Shown here: piece after piece, positions 33,697 through 44,172 of the stretch | Layout of the letters: the number at the start of each line of letters is the position of its first letter | How positions within the stretch are numbered: position 1 is the stretch's first letter | Sequence record: PP400784 | From: Escherichia phage FL38 | Direction: 5' to 3' (one strand) | Length of the DNA stretch: 64,000 nt | Translations under genes and position numbers: made by a program | The notes under the pieces: model-generated | The model's database searches: none | What the model was told of the DNA's origin: nothing | The model's input: the letters and a program-made list of their open reading frames with translations, nothing else

Positions 33697-36600
33697 ATGG
33701 CAGATTTTTCTCAACATTTCAAGGCCACATTTGGCTTTGACGCTGGTAATGAAAAGGTCGTCAATGTAGCATTGGCTGATAAGAATGTCAACACCGATGC
33801 GATCAACGTTGAATTTTTCAATTACCATAATGGTATTACTCAGTATGACACAACTCGCGGTTATGATCAATACGGAACTACAATCTATCAAAACCGTCCG
33901 TATTATGCAAAAGAAGATATCACAAAACCAGCAGGTGATTTTGACCCGACTAAATGGCAAGCACTGCGCACGGACCCACGTTGGGATTATATTGCAGCAA
34001 CTTCCGGTGATACTCCTTTACAGTCTGGTGATTATATCGCAGCAGATGGTCAATTTGCAAACTTGACTTTCTCTATGCCAACTAAGCCAGCAGAGGGAGA
34101 CACTATAACAGTAAAAGATATCGGTGGCAAGTGTGGTGTTAACGAATTATCGTTCTTGAGTACAGGACATGAGTTTTACCATAACGGTAATGTGTATAAC
34201 CGAAAATGGTATTGCACTACCCCGTATGCAATGAACTATTTCATCTTTGTTCGTAATCGTTGGCATGTTTATCAGACAGGAACAGAGCCACGCGGTGTGT
34301 ACGCACAGCCAGCGATTGATGCTATTCAAATGCAGAATGGTGATCAGGTATTTCGTCGTAGTTCGTTGGGTAATATTACCTTAGTGCTTCCTAAGTTTGC
34401 CAACAATGGCGACATGATCCAGACTACAGACCTTGACGGATTAACCGCAACCAACCACGTTACGGTTAAAGTTCATGAGCACGCAGAAGAACAATCAATT
34501 GGCACGTCCGGTCTAAAAGAGATTATCGGTAAGCGTAGCGGTCATGGTGTATTCATCTTTGACAAGACGGAAAACTTATGGCGTTTGTGGGATGGTGATC
34601 AGTCTGTTCGTCTTAAACCGATCATCGATGACACTCGCTTGCAACCTAATAGCTATGTTGCTGTATTTGGTGATCGTGATGTTACTCTGACGCTGCCGAC
34701 CAATATCGAGCCGGGTGATCGTATTCAAGTTTCTATGCAGTATATGAACGGAAACCAGAATTGCCGTATTATCACCGCCACAGAGGATACAAAAATCCTT
34801 ATGCAGAAAAACATGGTTCAGTTTCCTAAGCGTAGCGAGTACCCATTCAATGGGACCGATACATGGACGGGAGTATCTGAATTGTCTTTCAACGCTGCAA
34901 ATGATTATGTACCTTATCTGGAGTTCTCTTATTCAGAAGGTGATGATGGTAAGAAATACTGGTTGGTGGCACATCCTCACCCGATTGTAGAACGAGTAGA
35001 TCCGACTCGTAAAGATCGTGTTGGTGTAATTGCACTGGCTACCCAAACTGAAACGAATAAAAACCATGAAGAGAATCCTAGCGACGAAGTTGCAGTAACA
35101 CCAAAAATGCTGGCTAATAAAACCGCCAACGAAACTCGACGCGGTATTGCTCGCATTGCGACTCAAGCGGAAACGCATCAAGATACTGGTTCCAACTTCC
35201 TGGATGATGTTATCGTTACGCCTAAAAAGTTAAATGACTGTGTTGCTACCGAAGCCCGTCGTGGTGTGATGGAAATTGCAACCCAGCACGAAACCAATGA
35301 AGGTTTAGACGATACCCGCGCTATTACTCCTAAGAAATTAGAAGAACGTCGCGCTTCCGAAGATCTCGCTGGTATTGCTGAAATTGTTCAGGCTGGCGGC
35401 AGTGCTGCCGCTCGACGTGGCGAAGCTGGTACAGGGATCTATAACATCAATGACCATGCTAAAATTGTTACGCCAAAAAACATCAACGAAGTCAAGGCGA
35501 CCGAAACTTCCCGTGGTGTTGGCTATCTGGCAACTGACGCGGAAGTGCAAGGGGCTACAGAATCAACCCCGCAAGATGCTTTACTCATCACGACTCGCAC
35601 GCTAACGAAACGTACTGCTACCGAATCGCGCACTGGTATCGCTGAAATTGCAACTCAGGAAGAAACAAACTTAGGTCAAAGTGATAACCATATCATCACG
35701 CCTAAAAAGTTGCATACTCGCCGCGCAACGGAAACTTTACACGGTTTAGCAGAAATTGCAACTCAGCCGGAGTTTGACGCAGGTCGTGACGATTCTCGCA
35801 TTTCTACCCCATTGAAGATTAAAACCTTCTTTGAGAATGCACAGCGTTTGAAAGTAGATCCGACTCAGGGGCTTAACCTTACTGGTGATTTGTGGCAAGG
35901 TATCATGATCAGCGGTCTGGATGCAACCGAAGACACAAAAGGTGTCGCTAAAGTTGCTACTACTCAGCTTACTGACGCTGGTCAAGATGATACTACAATC
36001 ATCACGCCTAAAAAGCTGCAAGGCAAAAAGGCCACCGAAGGTAAAGAAGGCATTATCCGAGTTGGTACTCAAGCCGAAACCGTGGCTGGTATTATGGACA
36101 ATGTAGCAATTTCTCCGAAGAACTTCAAATATGTTGTTCAGACAGAGGATACATGGAAAGCAACCGAAGCGCGTCGTGGCTTCTTGAAAGTTGCTACTCA
36201 GGAAAACTGTTTTGTTGGTGATAATCTGCAAGGTTCTACTCAAGAACTAGGAAACTACCAGCATGACGGAATTGCTGTTACTCCGAAAGGATTAAACTAC
36301 GCACTTGCTAATTTCTTACCTAAGATGGCAACCGCTCAGAATAGTTTGAAATTGGGTAACGTAGAGGCCGCTAAATGGGCGCGTAGAGACATTGACCAGA
36401 CCATAGAGAGCAATTACACGTTTAATAAAAAAGTTAACGTGAAGGGCGATTTAGAGTGCTTAAAATCAGGTTCCTTTGAAACTCTGTCTGTGACTAAGAA
36501 CTCGACCGATGTTCCGAGTAATGGTCATCTGGTGTTGGGTGAGCGTGGAGTTGACGGTCACACCGGAATTACTCTGCATGGCACAACCGCATCGGAAGGC

Positions 36601-37437
36601 ATGAAAAACTCTTGGTCTATTATCGTTGGTGGTACTGGAACAGCGCAAGTTGTTGATAGTGATGCTATCGCTTTCGGTAAAATCAATGATGGTGGAGTCG
36701 TTGAGCATTACGCCTTTGCTATGAAACACAATGGCGACGCGACAGCATATCGAGACTTTATTGCAGGTCGTAACCTGTATGCGAAACAAGGCGGTTTATA
36801 CATTGTTGACCAGTCTAATCCGGCAATGACTCGTTCCCCAGATGGTATGCTGAATATCGGTCACGGTGGAAGTGTTAACATCAAGGCAGGGCATCAAACG
36901 TTAACTACAGAGATCGCCGGACAGAAGTATCAGATCGTACATGCAGGAAACGCTGACGAAGTTCTTAACCGTCAGTTTGTTAAGAATGCTGGCGATACAA
37001 TGGTCGGTAAGCTGACTATGGATAATGCGCCTATTGTTTCTGTTAAGCATGAAGCTAGCGCGGCAACCGCTCCGGCAATCGGTAACATCGGTTTCTGGAA
37101 TATGCGAGTTACTACCCAGAACATCAAAGAAACTTATCCAGAGAAGAAAAACGGTACTCTGATGCAATGGGGTACTGACGCGGACGGGCTTACCCAGCTT
37201 TGGTCCCCTGATGGTACTCATAAACATTATATCCGTTCCGGTACTGGTGGTCAATGGACCGCATGGGGTGAAATTTACACCAAACAGAACAAGCCTACCG
37301 CTCAGGAAATTGGGGCAGTGGTTGCCGAAGGTGGTTTGATGAACTCTATGACGGTTCGTGATTGGATCAAAGTTGGTAATGTTAAAATCATCGCCAATAA
37401 TCTGACTCGTACCGTAGACTTTATCTGGGAAGACTAA
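33697..37437 (+). CDS. 34: Long tail fibre proximal subunit gp34
   Basis: 1246 aa; TETRRGIARIATQ, ISTPLKIKT, RISTPLK and repeat architecture parallel T4 gp34. Confidence 0.93.
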   Translation: MADFSQHFKATFGFDAGNEKVVNVALADKNVNTDAINVEFFNYHNGITQYDTTRGYDQYGTTIYQNRPYYAKEDITKPAGDFDPTKWQALRTDPRWDYIAATSGDTPLQSGDYIAADGQFANLTFSMPTKPAEGDTITVKDIGGKCGVNELSFLSTGHEFYHNGNVYNRKWYCTTPYAMNYFIFVRNRWHVYQTGTEPRGVYAQPAIDAIQMQNGDQVFRRSSLGNITLVLPKFANNGDMIQTTDLDGLTATNHVTVKVHEHAEEQSIGTSGLKEIIGKRSGHGVFIFDKTENLWRLWDGDQSVRLKPIIDDTRLQPNSYVAVFGDRDVTLTLPTNIEPGDRIQVSMQYMNGNQNCRIITATEDTKILMQKNMVQFPKRSEYPFNGTDTWTGVSELSFNAANDYVPYLEFSYSEGDDGKKYWLVAHPHPIVERVDPTRKDRVGVIALATQTETNKNHEENPSDEVAVTPKMLANKTANETRRGIARIATQAETHQDTGSNFLDDVIVTPKKLNDCVATEARRGVMEIATQHETNEGLDDTRAITPKKLEERRASEDLAGIAEIVQAGGSAAARRGEAGTGIYNINDHAKIVTPKNINEVKATETSRGVGYLATDAEVQGATESTPQDALLITTRTLTKRTATESRTGIAEIATQEETNLGQSDNHIITPKKLHTRRATETLHGLAEIATQPEFDAGRDDSRISTPLKIKTFFENAQRLKVDPTQGLNLTGDLWQGIMISGLDATEDTKGVAKVATTQLTDAGQDDTTIITPKKLQGKKATEGKEGIIRVGTQAETVAGIMDNVAISPKNFKYVVQTEDTWKATEARRGFLKVATQENCFVGDNLQGSTQELGNYQHDGIAVTPKGLNYALANFLPKMATAQNSLKLGNVEAAKWARRDIDQTIESNYTFNKKVNVKGDLECLKSGSFETLSVTKNSTDVPSNGHLVLGERGVDGHTGITLHGTTASEGMKNSWSIIVGGTGTAQVVDSDAIAFGKINDGGVVEHYAFAMKHNGDATAYRDFIAGRNLYAKQGGLYIVDQSNPAMTRSPDGMLNIGHGGSVNIKAGHQTLTTEIAGQKYQIVHAGNADEVLNRQFVKNAGDTMVGKLTMDNAPIVSVKHEASAATAPAIGNIGFWNMRVTTQNIKETYPEKKNGTLMQWGTDADGLTQLWSPDGTHKHYIRSGTGGQWTAWGEIYTKQNKPTAQEIGAVVAEGGLMNSMTVRDWIKVGNVKIIANNLTRTVDFIWED

Positions 37438-37442
37438 TTAAA

Positions 37443-37458
37443 GGGGGCGAAAGCCCCC
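37443..37458 (+). other. GNRA-loop GC hairpin between genes 34 and 35
   Basis: GGGGGC-GAAA-GCCCCC; the C-tract could alternatively pair with the GGGG Shine-Dalgarno of gene 35. Confidence 0.5.
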
Positions 37459-37470
37459 TATGGGGTTATT

Positions 37471-38610
37471 ATGACACAAGATATAGAATTACGCAATACT
37501 GGAATTAGGTTTGCGCATTTCGACGAAGACTCTGCGACATTTACCAGCATTTCAGAAAATAACTCTGTGATGTATAAGCTGGAAGTGCGCGGATCTAATG
37601 CGGATTCTACCAAACCAGCAAGGATTAGATTTAATGGAGTGGAGATCGTTGGCACTGGCTATGAAAATGGCCTAAATTTTAAAGTTCTTACTCCAACTGG
37701 ACAACTACACGAAGAAAAGGTATTCTATGGTCGCGGTGCTGTTTTGGCAATGCGTGATTATCTTTCTTTGCTGAAAGGTGACTATATCATTGCGATGGCA
37801 ACGCATGGAGAATTGTTTGCAGATCCGATCAGTGATGGTGTATTCTCTAAGCTGGGATCTGTATCATTCCCGAATCACATTTTGCTACAGCAAATGCCTC
37901 GTGTATCCTATGCAGCAATTTATTCTACTAAAATGGGTAAAATTGTGTGCGAAGGGATGCAAGCAACTCACGGGGAAGGACAAGATTCATCTATACAAAT
38001 TGAGAAAGTCTATGATACTATAGATGATCTTGCTATAACAGGAACACCACAACGATTTTTAGATTATCCGGTTGAGTATGTTAGCGAAGATTCCGAACAT
38101 TTCGAGCTAATACAATGGCCTCGTGATGAGACCAGCGCCCCACTTGAGGATTTTAACATAAAGGCAGGTGACAAACTATCAATATCCTTTGAATTGTTCC
38201 GTGATAGTGCCGCAGCCGCAGCCAACGTAACAGCGCGTTTCTATCACAACTACTTCACCGATGGACAATATCAAACTGGTGTTCGATACAATGCCAGCAA
38301 AAAAGACCAATGGGAAAAGTTTGAAGCCGTCTATACCGTACCGGAAGGAGTTGATAGTGTAGTAACTGGTTGTATCAGATATCCAACCAACTCCAATGAA
38401 GGTATTGTTAAAATTAGAAACATACTAATAACGCCGATCAGTGGAGTCGTCAAAACTACTGGTCCTACTTCATTTGGTGTTAATGGTGTTAGAACAACTC
38501 ATATTCAGGATAACGGTGATTTTACTAACCCTGTAATGAGTCTTCTTAAACTACCCAGAGATAATAAACACATCACATCCAACAACTTTAAAGAGTTCGA
38601 TGTTGATTAA
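37471..38610 (+). CDS. 35: Long tail fibre hinge connector gp35
   Basis: 379 aa (T4 372 aa); position between 34 and 36. Confidence 0.8.
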   Translation: MTQDIELRNTGIRFAHFDEDSATFTSISENNSVMYKLEVRGSNADSTKPARIRFNGVEIVGTGYENGLNFKVLTPTGQLHEEKVFYGRGAVLAMRDYLSLLKGDYIIAMATHGELFADPISDGVFSKLGSVSFPNHILLQQMPRVSYAAIYSTKMGKIVCEGMQATHGEGQDSSIQIEKVYDTIDDLAITGTPQRFLDYPVEYVSEDSEHFELIQWPRDETSAPLEDFNIKAGDKLSISFELFRDSAAAAANVTARFYHNYFTDGQYQTGVRYNASKKDQWEKFEAVYTVPEGVDSVVTGCIRYPTNSNEGIVKIRNILITPISGVVKTTGPTSFGVNGVRTTHIQDNGDFTNPVMSLLKLPRDNKHITSNNFKEFDVD

Positions 38611-38622
38611 CATTTTTTAACA

Positions 38623-38652
38623 AGCCGATCCATGTGGTCGGCTTTATTTTTA
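38623..38652 (+). terminator. Rho-independent terminator after gene 35
   Basis: AGCCGATCC-atg-GGTCGGCT hairpin followed by TTATTTTTAT. Confidence 0.7.
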
Positions 38653-38773
38653 TACAGTTGGTTAAAATGTAACCAAAACGAAGAAAGATCTTTAGAATAA
38701 TAGAAAATTTGTTTCGGTTAAAAATTAGTCAGTGCCTACGGCACGTCGCGAAGCGATATTTTTGTTAACATTC

Positions 38774-38781
38774 TATAAATA
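38774..38781 (+). promoter_or_regulatory. T4-type late promoter (TATAAATA) for gene 36
   Basis: Exact TATAAATA about 35 nt upstream of gp36 ATG. Confidence 0.8.
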
Positions 38782-38815
38782 CTCGGAACTATAACTAATT
38801 TTTTGAGGTTACTTT

Positions 38816-40306
38816 ATGGCAGATTTGAAATATGGATCTACTGTAGGTGGATCTCCCATTTGGACGCAAGGAAACTTGACGATCCAGCCAGCGGGGGATC
38901 AGCTTTTCTACAAAGGTCATAAAATCTATACCGCTTTTGATAGACCTTCGGCTACCGATTTTGATGCTGTTAGTGCATCCGAAGGTGGCACATTTCAAAA
39001 GCAAGTTCATTTCGAGGAAGGTTTAAGCGTAGGTAGCGCATCGGCTGGAGAAACCAAAAAGAATGGTATCTTTAAAGGTCAGAGCGACGCTGCTAATTTT
39101 GACGGCGTAAGCTGGGGTTTGCATTCATGGAAGTCAATCGGCTTTGTTAATGCCCGTGATGGCGTTATTATGGCGTATATTGACACCACAACGGGCGAAT
39201 TTAAGTCTAAAGGGACTATCGAAGGGACAACCATTAAAGACACAGGTCAACGCGTCTATAGCCCTGTTAATAAACCAACGAATAATGATTTAGATTTGGT
39301 GTCTCGTCGCGGTGATACCCTCACAGGAACATATAATTTAAACACTGTCACTGTTAAACTATCGGTTGATTCGAAATTAATTGCAAGGGAACGTGATTTA
39401 ATTAATTTTGATGCGACTAAGATCTATTATGGTAACGTTCTTGACACGTTGGTCTTCCGAAGTAAAGATGAGCCTACCATTTTTGTTAATGACAGAGAAG
39501 GTCGTTTTTATCACACCAACAATAAACCAACTAAAGCCGATGTTGGACTAGGCAATGTCACCAATGATGCACAGGTTAAACGTGCTGGTGATATTATGGA
39601 AGGTAACTTGCAAGCGCCTAGAATGTTGGCGACAAACGATCCTGCTGGTCCTAATGAATTGGTTCGTTTGAGCTACTTTGAGAGAAAATCAATGGTAGCA
39701 AATCCAACCATCATTGGAAACGTTGATTGGAACACTCTTATTAATCGCGGTATCTATCGTGTGGAAAATGCTGGATCAGGTACTAATAAACCGTCTGATA
39801 GCTATTATAACGGCGTTTTGATGGTATATCGCCCAGAAGATGCTGTTGGTACTCGTCGAATTGTTCAGGTGTATTATCCTGAATCTATTGACCATCCGAT
39901 GTGCTGGCGTTCGTGTTCTAATGAATCATGGACTGCATGGAACTATGTAGATCACCGTAAATTGGCTGATATTCTCTATGTTAACGTCACTGGCGATACC
40001 ATGACAGGACCGTTAACTGTTCCGGCTGCAAACGGTGTTAGAACAGCTAAAACTAACTATAACGGGGATAACTGTTATGCGGCGTTAAGCGGTGCTGATG
40101 GTACTGCTATGATTCACCGCATTAGTGATATTAAAGGGACCGAAAAGCTGGGGATCACCCACGACTCAAAGGTCGTGTTTTTCCGTTCTCGAAACAATAC
40201 TCAAACCGTGGACCGCTATCAGCTTTATCATGAAGGTAATAAACCTACTCCGGCTGATGTTGGAGCGGTTCCACTTAATGCGGTGATTGATTTTGGTACT
40301 TTCTAA
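38816..40306 (+). CDS. 36: Long tail fibre distal connector gp36 (extended, 496 aa)
   Basis: N-terminus MADLKYGSTVGGSPIWTQGN parallels T4 gp36 MADLKVGSTTGGSVIWHQGN. Confidence 0.8.
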   Translation: MADLKYGSTVGGSPIWTQGNLTIQPAGDQLFYKGHKIYTAFDRPSATDFDAVSASEGGTFQKQVHFEEGLSVGSASAGETKKNGIFKGQSDAANFDGVSWGLHSWKSIGFVNARDGVIMAYIDTTTGEFKSKGTIEGTTIKDTGQRVYSPVNKPTNNDLDLVSRRGDTLTGTYNLNTVTVKLSVDSKLIARERDLINFDATKIYYGNVLDTLVFRSKDEPTIFVNDREGRFYHTNNKPTKADVGLGNVTNDAQVKRAGDIMEGNLQAPRMLATNDPAGPNELVRLSYFERKSMVANPTIIGNVDWNTLINRGIYRVENAGSGTNKPSDSYYNGVLMVYRPEDAVGTRRIVQVYYPESIDHPMCWRSCSNESWTAWNYVDHRKLADILYVNVTGDTMTGPLTVPAANGVRTAKTNYNGDNCYAALSGADGTAMIHRISDIKGTEKLGITHDSKVVFFRSRNNTQTVDRYQLYHEGNKPTPADVGAVPLNAVIDFGTF

Positions 40307-40310
40307 TTTT

Positions 40311-40336
40311 AGCGGGGATTATCTCCCCGCTTTTCT
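40311..40336 (+). terminator. Hairpin/terminator after gene 36
   Basis: GCGGGGA-ttatc-TCCCCGC followed by TTTTCT. Confidence 0.6.
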
Positions 40337-40376
40337 AAATAATATTATTCTAATAACCGTTTAAGGATTTTATAAA

Positions 40377-43166
40377 ATGGCAGATTTAAGCAGAATCCAA
40401 TTTAAACGCACTAGCACTAAAGGTCGTAAACCTGATGCTAGTACGATGAATCCGGGGGAATTGGCAATCAACCTTGCGGATCAATATCTTCTTACTAAAA
40501 ATGATTCCGGTGCTATTATCAATTTAAGTTGTCCTCCTGTTTATGACCGCGATGTTACAATGGCGGGTAAGGTTAAAGGTAATAATTATATCTTAAGTAA
40601 AACCGCTAACTATCTGGAAGATCAGACCGCACGAGATCTTAATTACTTTGGTGCTTTCCGAACTAATGGACAAGATGGTCTTTTAGATCTAACTCTTAAT
40701 GTTCCTCATTCTGCTGGCATTAATCATGGTCGAGGATTTACTTTCCGTTATGCGACTGGCGGATCTCGTGTTGAAACCTATGGGTATAATGCACAGGGAC
40801 AAAAAGCATTTAGCTATAAAATGTATCACGAAGGTGATAAACCAACTCCAGGAGAATTGAACGTCTATAGCAAACAAGAAATTGACCGGATGTTTGTTAA
40901 GAACGTTAAAATGGTTGTTCCTTCTGGTGGTACAAACCGTGGTTATTTTAAAATTGCATCCGCAATGATCCCGCAGAGTGGTCGGATGGCGTTTCTGCGA
41001 ATCTATGGTGGTAATGGATATAATGTAAACTCATATGACCAAGTTGATTTTCTTGAAATTGTTATTCGTAGTGGTAATAATAACCCTAAAGGCGTTAGTA
41101 TTGCTGCATATCGTCGAAATTCTTTGAACGTCCATGAAGTATTTGCAATTAATACTTCCGGTGATAGCTATGACATTTATGTTAACTATGGTCGTTACAC
41201 TGATAACGTTATTGTAGAGTTTGGAAAAACTGTTGACGTCGCATTGACTGTTCATGATGTTCCTGAATTTTCGGCGACTAAACCAGAAACCGGAACTAAA
41301 TTTGATGCTCGTGTTATTACGATGTTCAACACCGAAAACAAAGCCGGAACATTGATGTTTGATAATAACAATCAGTTAACCTATGATATTGTTAGCCTTA
41401 GCAATGGTCCTGATGATGTTAGAAATTATCTGCGTAAATTCCGAAGTAAAGCGGGTGAAATGATTTGGCATGAAACCGTTCAGGGTGCTGTATATCGTCT
41501 TGCTACTGGAACTACTGATTCTACGGAAGTTCTTAGAGTTGATTCTAACAGTGCTCTCCCGGGTAGCTATAAAGGATATGTAATTACTGGTAAAATGGAA
41601 TTGCACGGTAGCGGTAGTGCGATGAATTTACACCGCCAGACTGGTCAAGCTGCATATATGGCGTGGTGGGATCGTCGTGATGGTAAAAACCAACGTAGTG
41701 GTTATATCGGCCATGCGGATGGTACTACTGATGGTTTTGTGTGGCGTAATGATGTTGGTGCGAACTCATTTGATTTGGAAAGTAGTGGACAAGTAAATTT
41801 GACTACAGGAAAAACAAAAATTGTATATACCAACGGACAATATTATTCCGCTAACTCTGATGCATTCCGTATGATTTACGGCAATTATGGCGCATTCTGG
41901 CGTAATGACGGCACTAAAGTTTATCTTCTTTCTACTGCCGAAAATGATCGTTTTGGTGGATGGAACGGCAACCGACCATTCATTTACGATTTGACTTCCG
42001 GTAACGTTCAATTAGGCGGTGACGGTAACGAAGCTGCATTAACGTTAGAACGTGCAAGCAAAGCCGCTCGTTTTACGGGTGATGTTTATGTAGAAAAAGG
42101 TTTCCTTCATTTCTCTAGTGGACGATTAGGATCTCGTGATTTCTTTAAAATCAACCATTGGGGTGATAGCAATAACGGTCGTGATAACATTTTGCAGTTT
42201 GAAGACAATAGCGGTGCACACTTCACAACTGAACGTAAAATGGCAACCGGTGAAATTACTGCGCGATTTAAAGGATTTGTGCGTGTAGAATCTGGCGAAA
42301 TTACATTCCATGCTAACCGTGGTTCTTCTTCGCAATTTAGTCTCAATACATGGGGTAATGAATCACGAAAACAAGTTTTTGAATGTAAGGATGCAACAAG
42401 TTATCATTGGTATACCGAACGTACTGCGGGTGGAACTGGTCCGGTTAAGTTCTCTGTTGCAGGTTCTTTCTATAGCGGAAGCGATGCTAACGTAGGCGGT
42501 AGTCTGAATTTTGGTAATGCTATTCAACGCGGCGCTAGCGTCATTACTATAGATTCTGGTTCTGCGGGTGCTGGTTCTTTTGCATCTCAACATGATGATA
42601 ACGTCAAAGCACCTATTTTCCAACGTTTAGACCGTGGTGATGCGTCTACATATGTTCCTTTGATCAAGCAACGTTATGTTCAAGGTGCAGTAACATTCTC
42701 GTTGGGTATGCTTCTTAATGAAGGTTCATGGCGAGTTCATGTTAAAGGTTCTGGTGTTGAATCTAATACTACCTTCTATAAAAACGGCGATTTCCAAGCT
42801 GGACGCAATGGTAACTTTAACGACGTTTACATTCGCTCTGATGCTCGCCTTAAAATCAACAAGGAAGAGTATAAGGAGAATGCCACTGATAAAGTTAATC
42901 GCTTGACGGTATACACCTATGACAAGGTTAAATCTTTAACCGACCGTACTGTCATTGCTCATGAAGTTGGTATTATTGCTCAGGATCTTGAAAAAGAATT
43001 ACCGGAAGCAGTAACAACTTCTAACATCGGCGATCCCGATAAGCCAGAAGAGATCTTAACAATTTCTAACTCTGCTGTCAACGCTCTTTTAATTAAGGCG
43101 TTTCAGGAAATGAGCGAAGAATTGAATGCCGTTAAAGCTGAACTAGCGGAACTTAAAAAGAATTAA
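40377..43166 (+). CDS. 37: Long tail fibre distal subunit gp37 with C-terminal intramolecular chaperone-like domain
   Basis: N-terminus MADLSRIQFKRTSTKGRKPDAS, AGAGSFASQ, YVPLIKQRYVQGA parallel T4 gp37; C-terminus SDARLKINKEEY ... AHEVGIIAQDLEKELPEAV resembles S74-type autocleaving chaperone. Confidence 0.88.
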   Translation: MADLSRIQFKRTSTKGRKPDASTMNPGELAINLADQYLLTKNDSGAIINLSCPPVYDRDVTMAGKVKGNNYILSKTANYLEDQTARDLNYFGAFRTNGQDGLLDLTLNVPHSAGINHGRGFTFRYATGGSRVETYGYNAQGQKAFSYKMYHEGDKPTPGELNVYSKQEIDRMFVKNVKMVVPSGGTNRGYFKIASAMIPQSGRMAFLRIYGGNGYNVNSYDQVDFLEIVIRSGNNNPKGVSIAAYRRNSLNVHEVFAINTSGDSYDIYVNYGRYTDNVIVEFGKTVDVALTVHDVPEFSATKPETGTKFDARVITMFNTENKAGTLMFDNNNQLTYDIVSLSNGPDDVRNYLRKFRSKAGEMIWHETVQGAVYRLATGTTDSTEVLRVDSNSALPGSYKGYVITGKMELHGSGSAMNLHRQTGQAAYMAWWDRRDGKNQRSGYIGHADGTTDGFVWRNDVGANSFDLESSGQVNLTTGKTKIVYTNGQYYSANSDAFRMIYGNYGAFWRNDGTKVYLLSTAENDRFGGWNGNRPFIYDLTSGNVQLGGDGNEAALTLERASKAARFTGDVYVEKGFLHFSSGRLGSRDFFKINHWGDSNNGRDNILQFEDNSGAHFTTERKMATGEITARFKGFVRVESGEITFHANRGSSSQFSLNTWGNESRKQVFECKDATSYHWYTERTAGGTGPVKFSVAGSFYSGSDANVGGSLNFGNAIQRGASVITIDSGSAGAGSFASQHDDNVKAPIFQRLDRGDASTYVPLIKQRYVQGAVTFSLGMLLNEGSWRVHVKGSGVESNTTFYKNGDFQAGRNGNFNDVYIRSDARLKINKEEYKENATDKVNRLTVYTYDKVKSLTDRTVIAHEVGIIAQDLEKELPEAVTTSNIGDPDKPEEILTISNSAVNALLIKAFQEMSEELNAVKAELAELKKN

Positions 43167-43206
43167 GGAAACTCCCAGGGAAGGGAACTACTAAGGAGAA
43201 ACGGCT

Positions 43207-43446
43207 ATGGTCTATAATATCGTCATTGGTGCTTTGTCTAATTTCGGAATGAAATTATTGTCAAAGTTAATTAGTGAAAAGATGCTCACTAAAATTTTCT
43301 TCTATTGCGCTCGTCGTCTTGCGGATTATACCAATACGCCAATTGATGATCGTTTTGTGGAAGAACTTTATAAGGAGTTTAATAAAGATCAGTCAGAAGA
43401 TAGTAACGAGCAAGATAAACCTAGTGATAGTCAACTACCTAAATAA
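43207..43446 (+). CDS. Small protein with N-terminal hydrophobic segment and acidic tail (79 aa)
   Basis: Occupies the gene-38 position but is not gp38-like; SD AAGGAG. Confidence 0.5.
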   Translation: MVYNIVIGALSNFGMKLLSKLISEKMLTKIFFYCARRLADYTNTPIDDRFVEELYKEFNKDQSEDSNEQDKPSDSQLPK

Positions 43447-43479
43447 GAGTACACTGTCATAGTTATCTTAGGGCATTAT

Positions 43480-44136
43480 ATGCAAGTTTCTGAAAAAGGG
43501 AAAGACTTTGCTATCTCAAATGTCCTGCGCGCTATTTTCACAACTAAAAGCACGGAGTTGCTCGTACTTCGTGTTTTTGCTGCCGTCGTGTTGTCCATAT
43601 TAGCATTTGTCGTTTATAGTAAAAACGAGTTATTTGCGCTTTATAAAGAGACTCGTTATGAGACTTATGCTCACATTCTCCAGGTAGAGAAAGACCGCAA
43701 TTTTGATAATGCAGCACAGGAGCAGTTACAGATAGTTCATGTGTCGGCTGATGCCGATTTTTCTGCTGTTTTTAGTTTTCGTCCGAAAAACCTAAACTAT
43801 TTTGTTGATTTGGTGGCATATGAAGGAAAGCTACCGCATACAATCGATGAAAAAAATTTAGGTGGATTCCCTATCAATAAAACGAGTGAAGAATATCGTA
43901 GGCATCTTTTAGGTAAATCCTATTTTACCGATAAAGATTTCCAGTATATTCCATCAAGAGAAAAGAAATTAGAGAATATCGATATAGGTTTCATGTATTC
44001 TTGTCCTATATTCAATCTCGATAATGTCTATTCTGGTAGTATCGCCATTTCATGGAAGAATAAACCGGATATTGACATTGAGAATTTAGATACTCTTTGC
44101 AATCAATCTGCCAGAATCCTCGGAAGGATTAGATAA
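43480..44136 (+). CDS. t: Holin T
   Basis: 218 aa; QLQIVHVSADADFSAVFSFRPKNLNYFVDLVAYEGKLP and YSCPIFNLDNVYSG closely parallel T4 holin. Confidence 0.93.
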   Translation: MQVSEKGKDFAISNVLRAIFTTKSTELLVLRVFAAVVLSILAFVVYSKNELFALYKETRYETYAHILQVEKDRNFDNAAQEQLQIVHVSADADFSAVFSFRPKNLNYFVDLVAYEGKLPHTIDEKNLGGFPINKTSEEYRRHLLGKSYFTDKDFQYIPSREKKLENIDIGFMYSCPIFNLDNVYSGSIAISWKNKPDIDIENLDTLCNQSARILGRIR

Positions 44137-44140
44137 CTTA

Positions 44141-44172
44141 AAGGGGAAGCCTTTCGGCCTCCCCTTCTTTTT
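44141..44172. terminator. Bidirectional terminator between t and convergent minus-strand genes
   Basis: GGGGAAGCC-tttc-GGCCTCCCC hairpin followed by TTCTTTTTATT. Confidence 0.7.
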
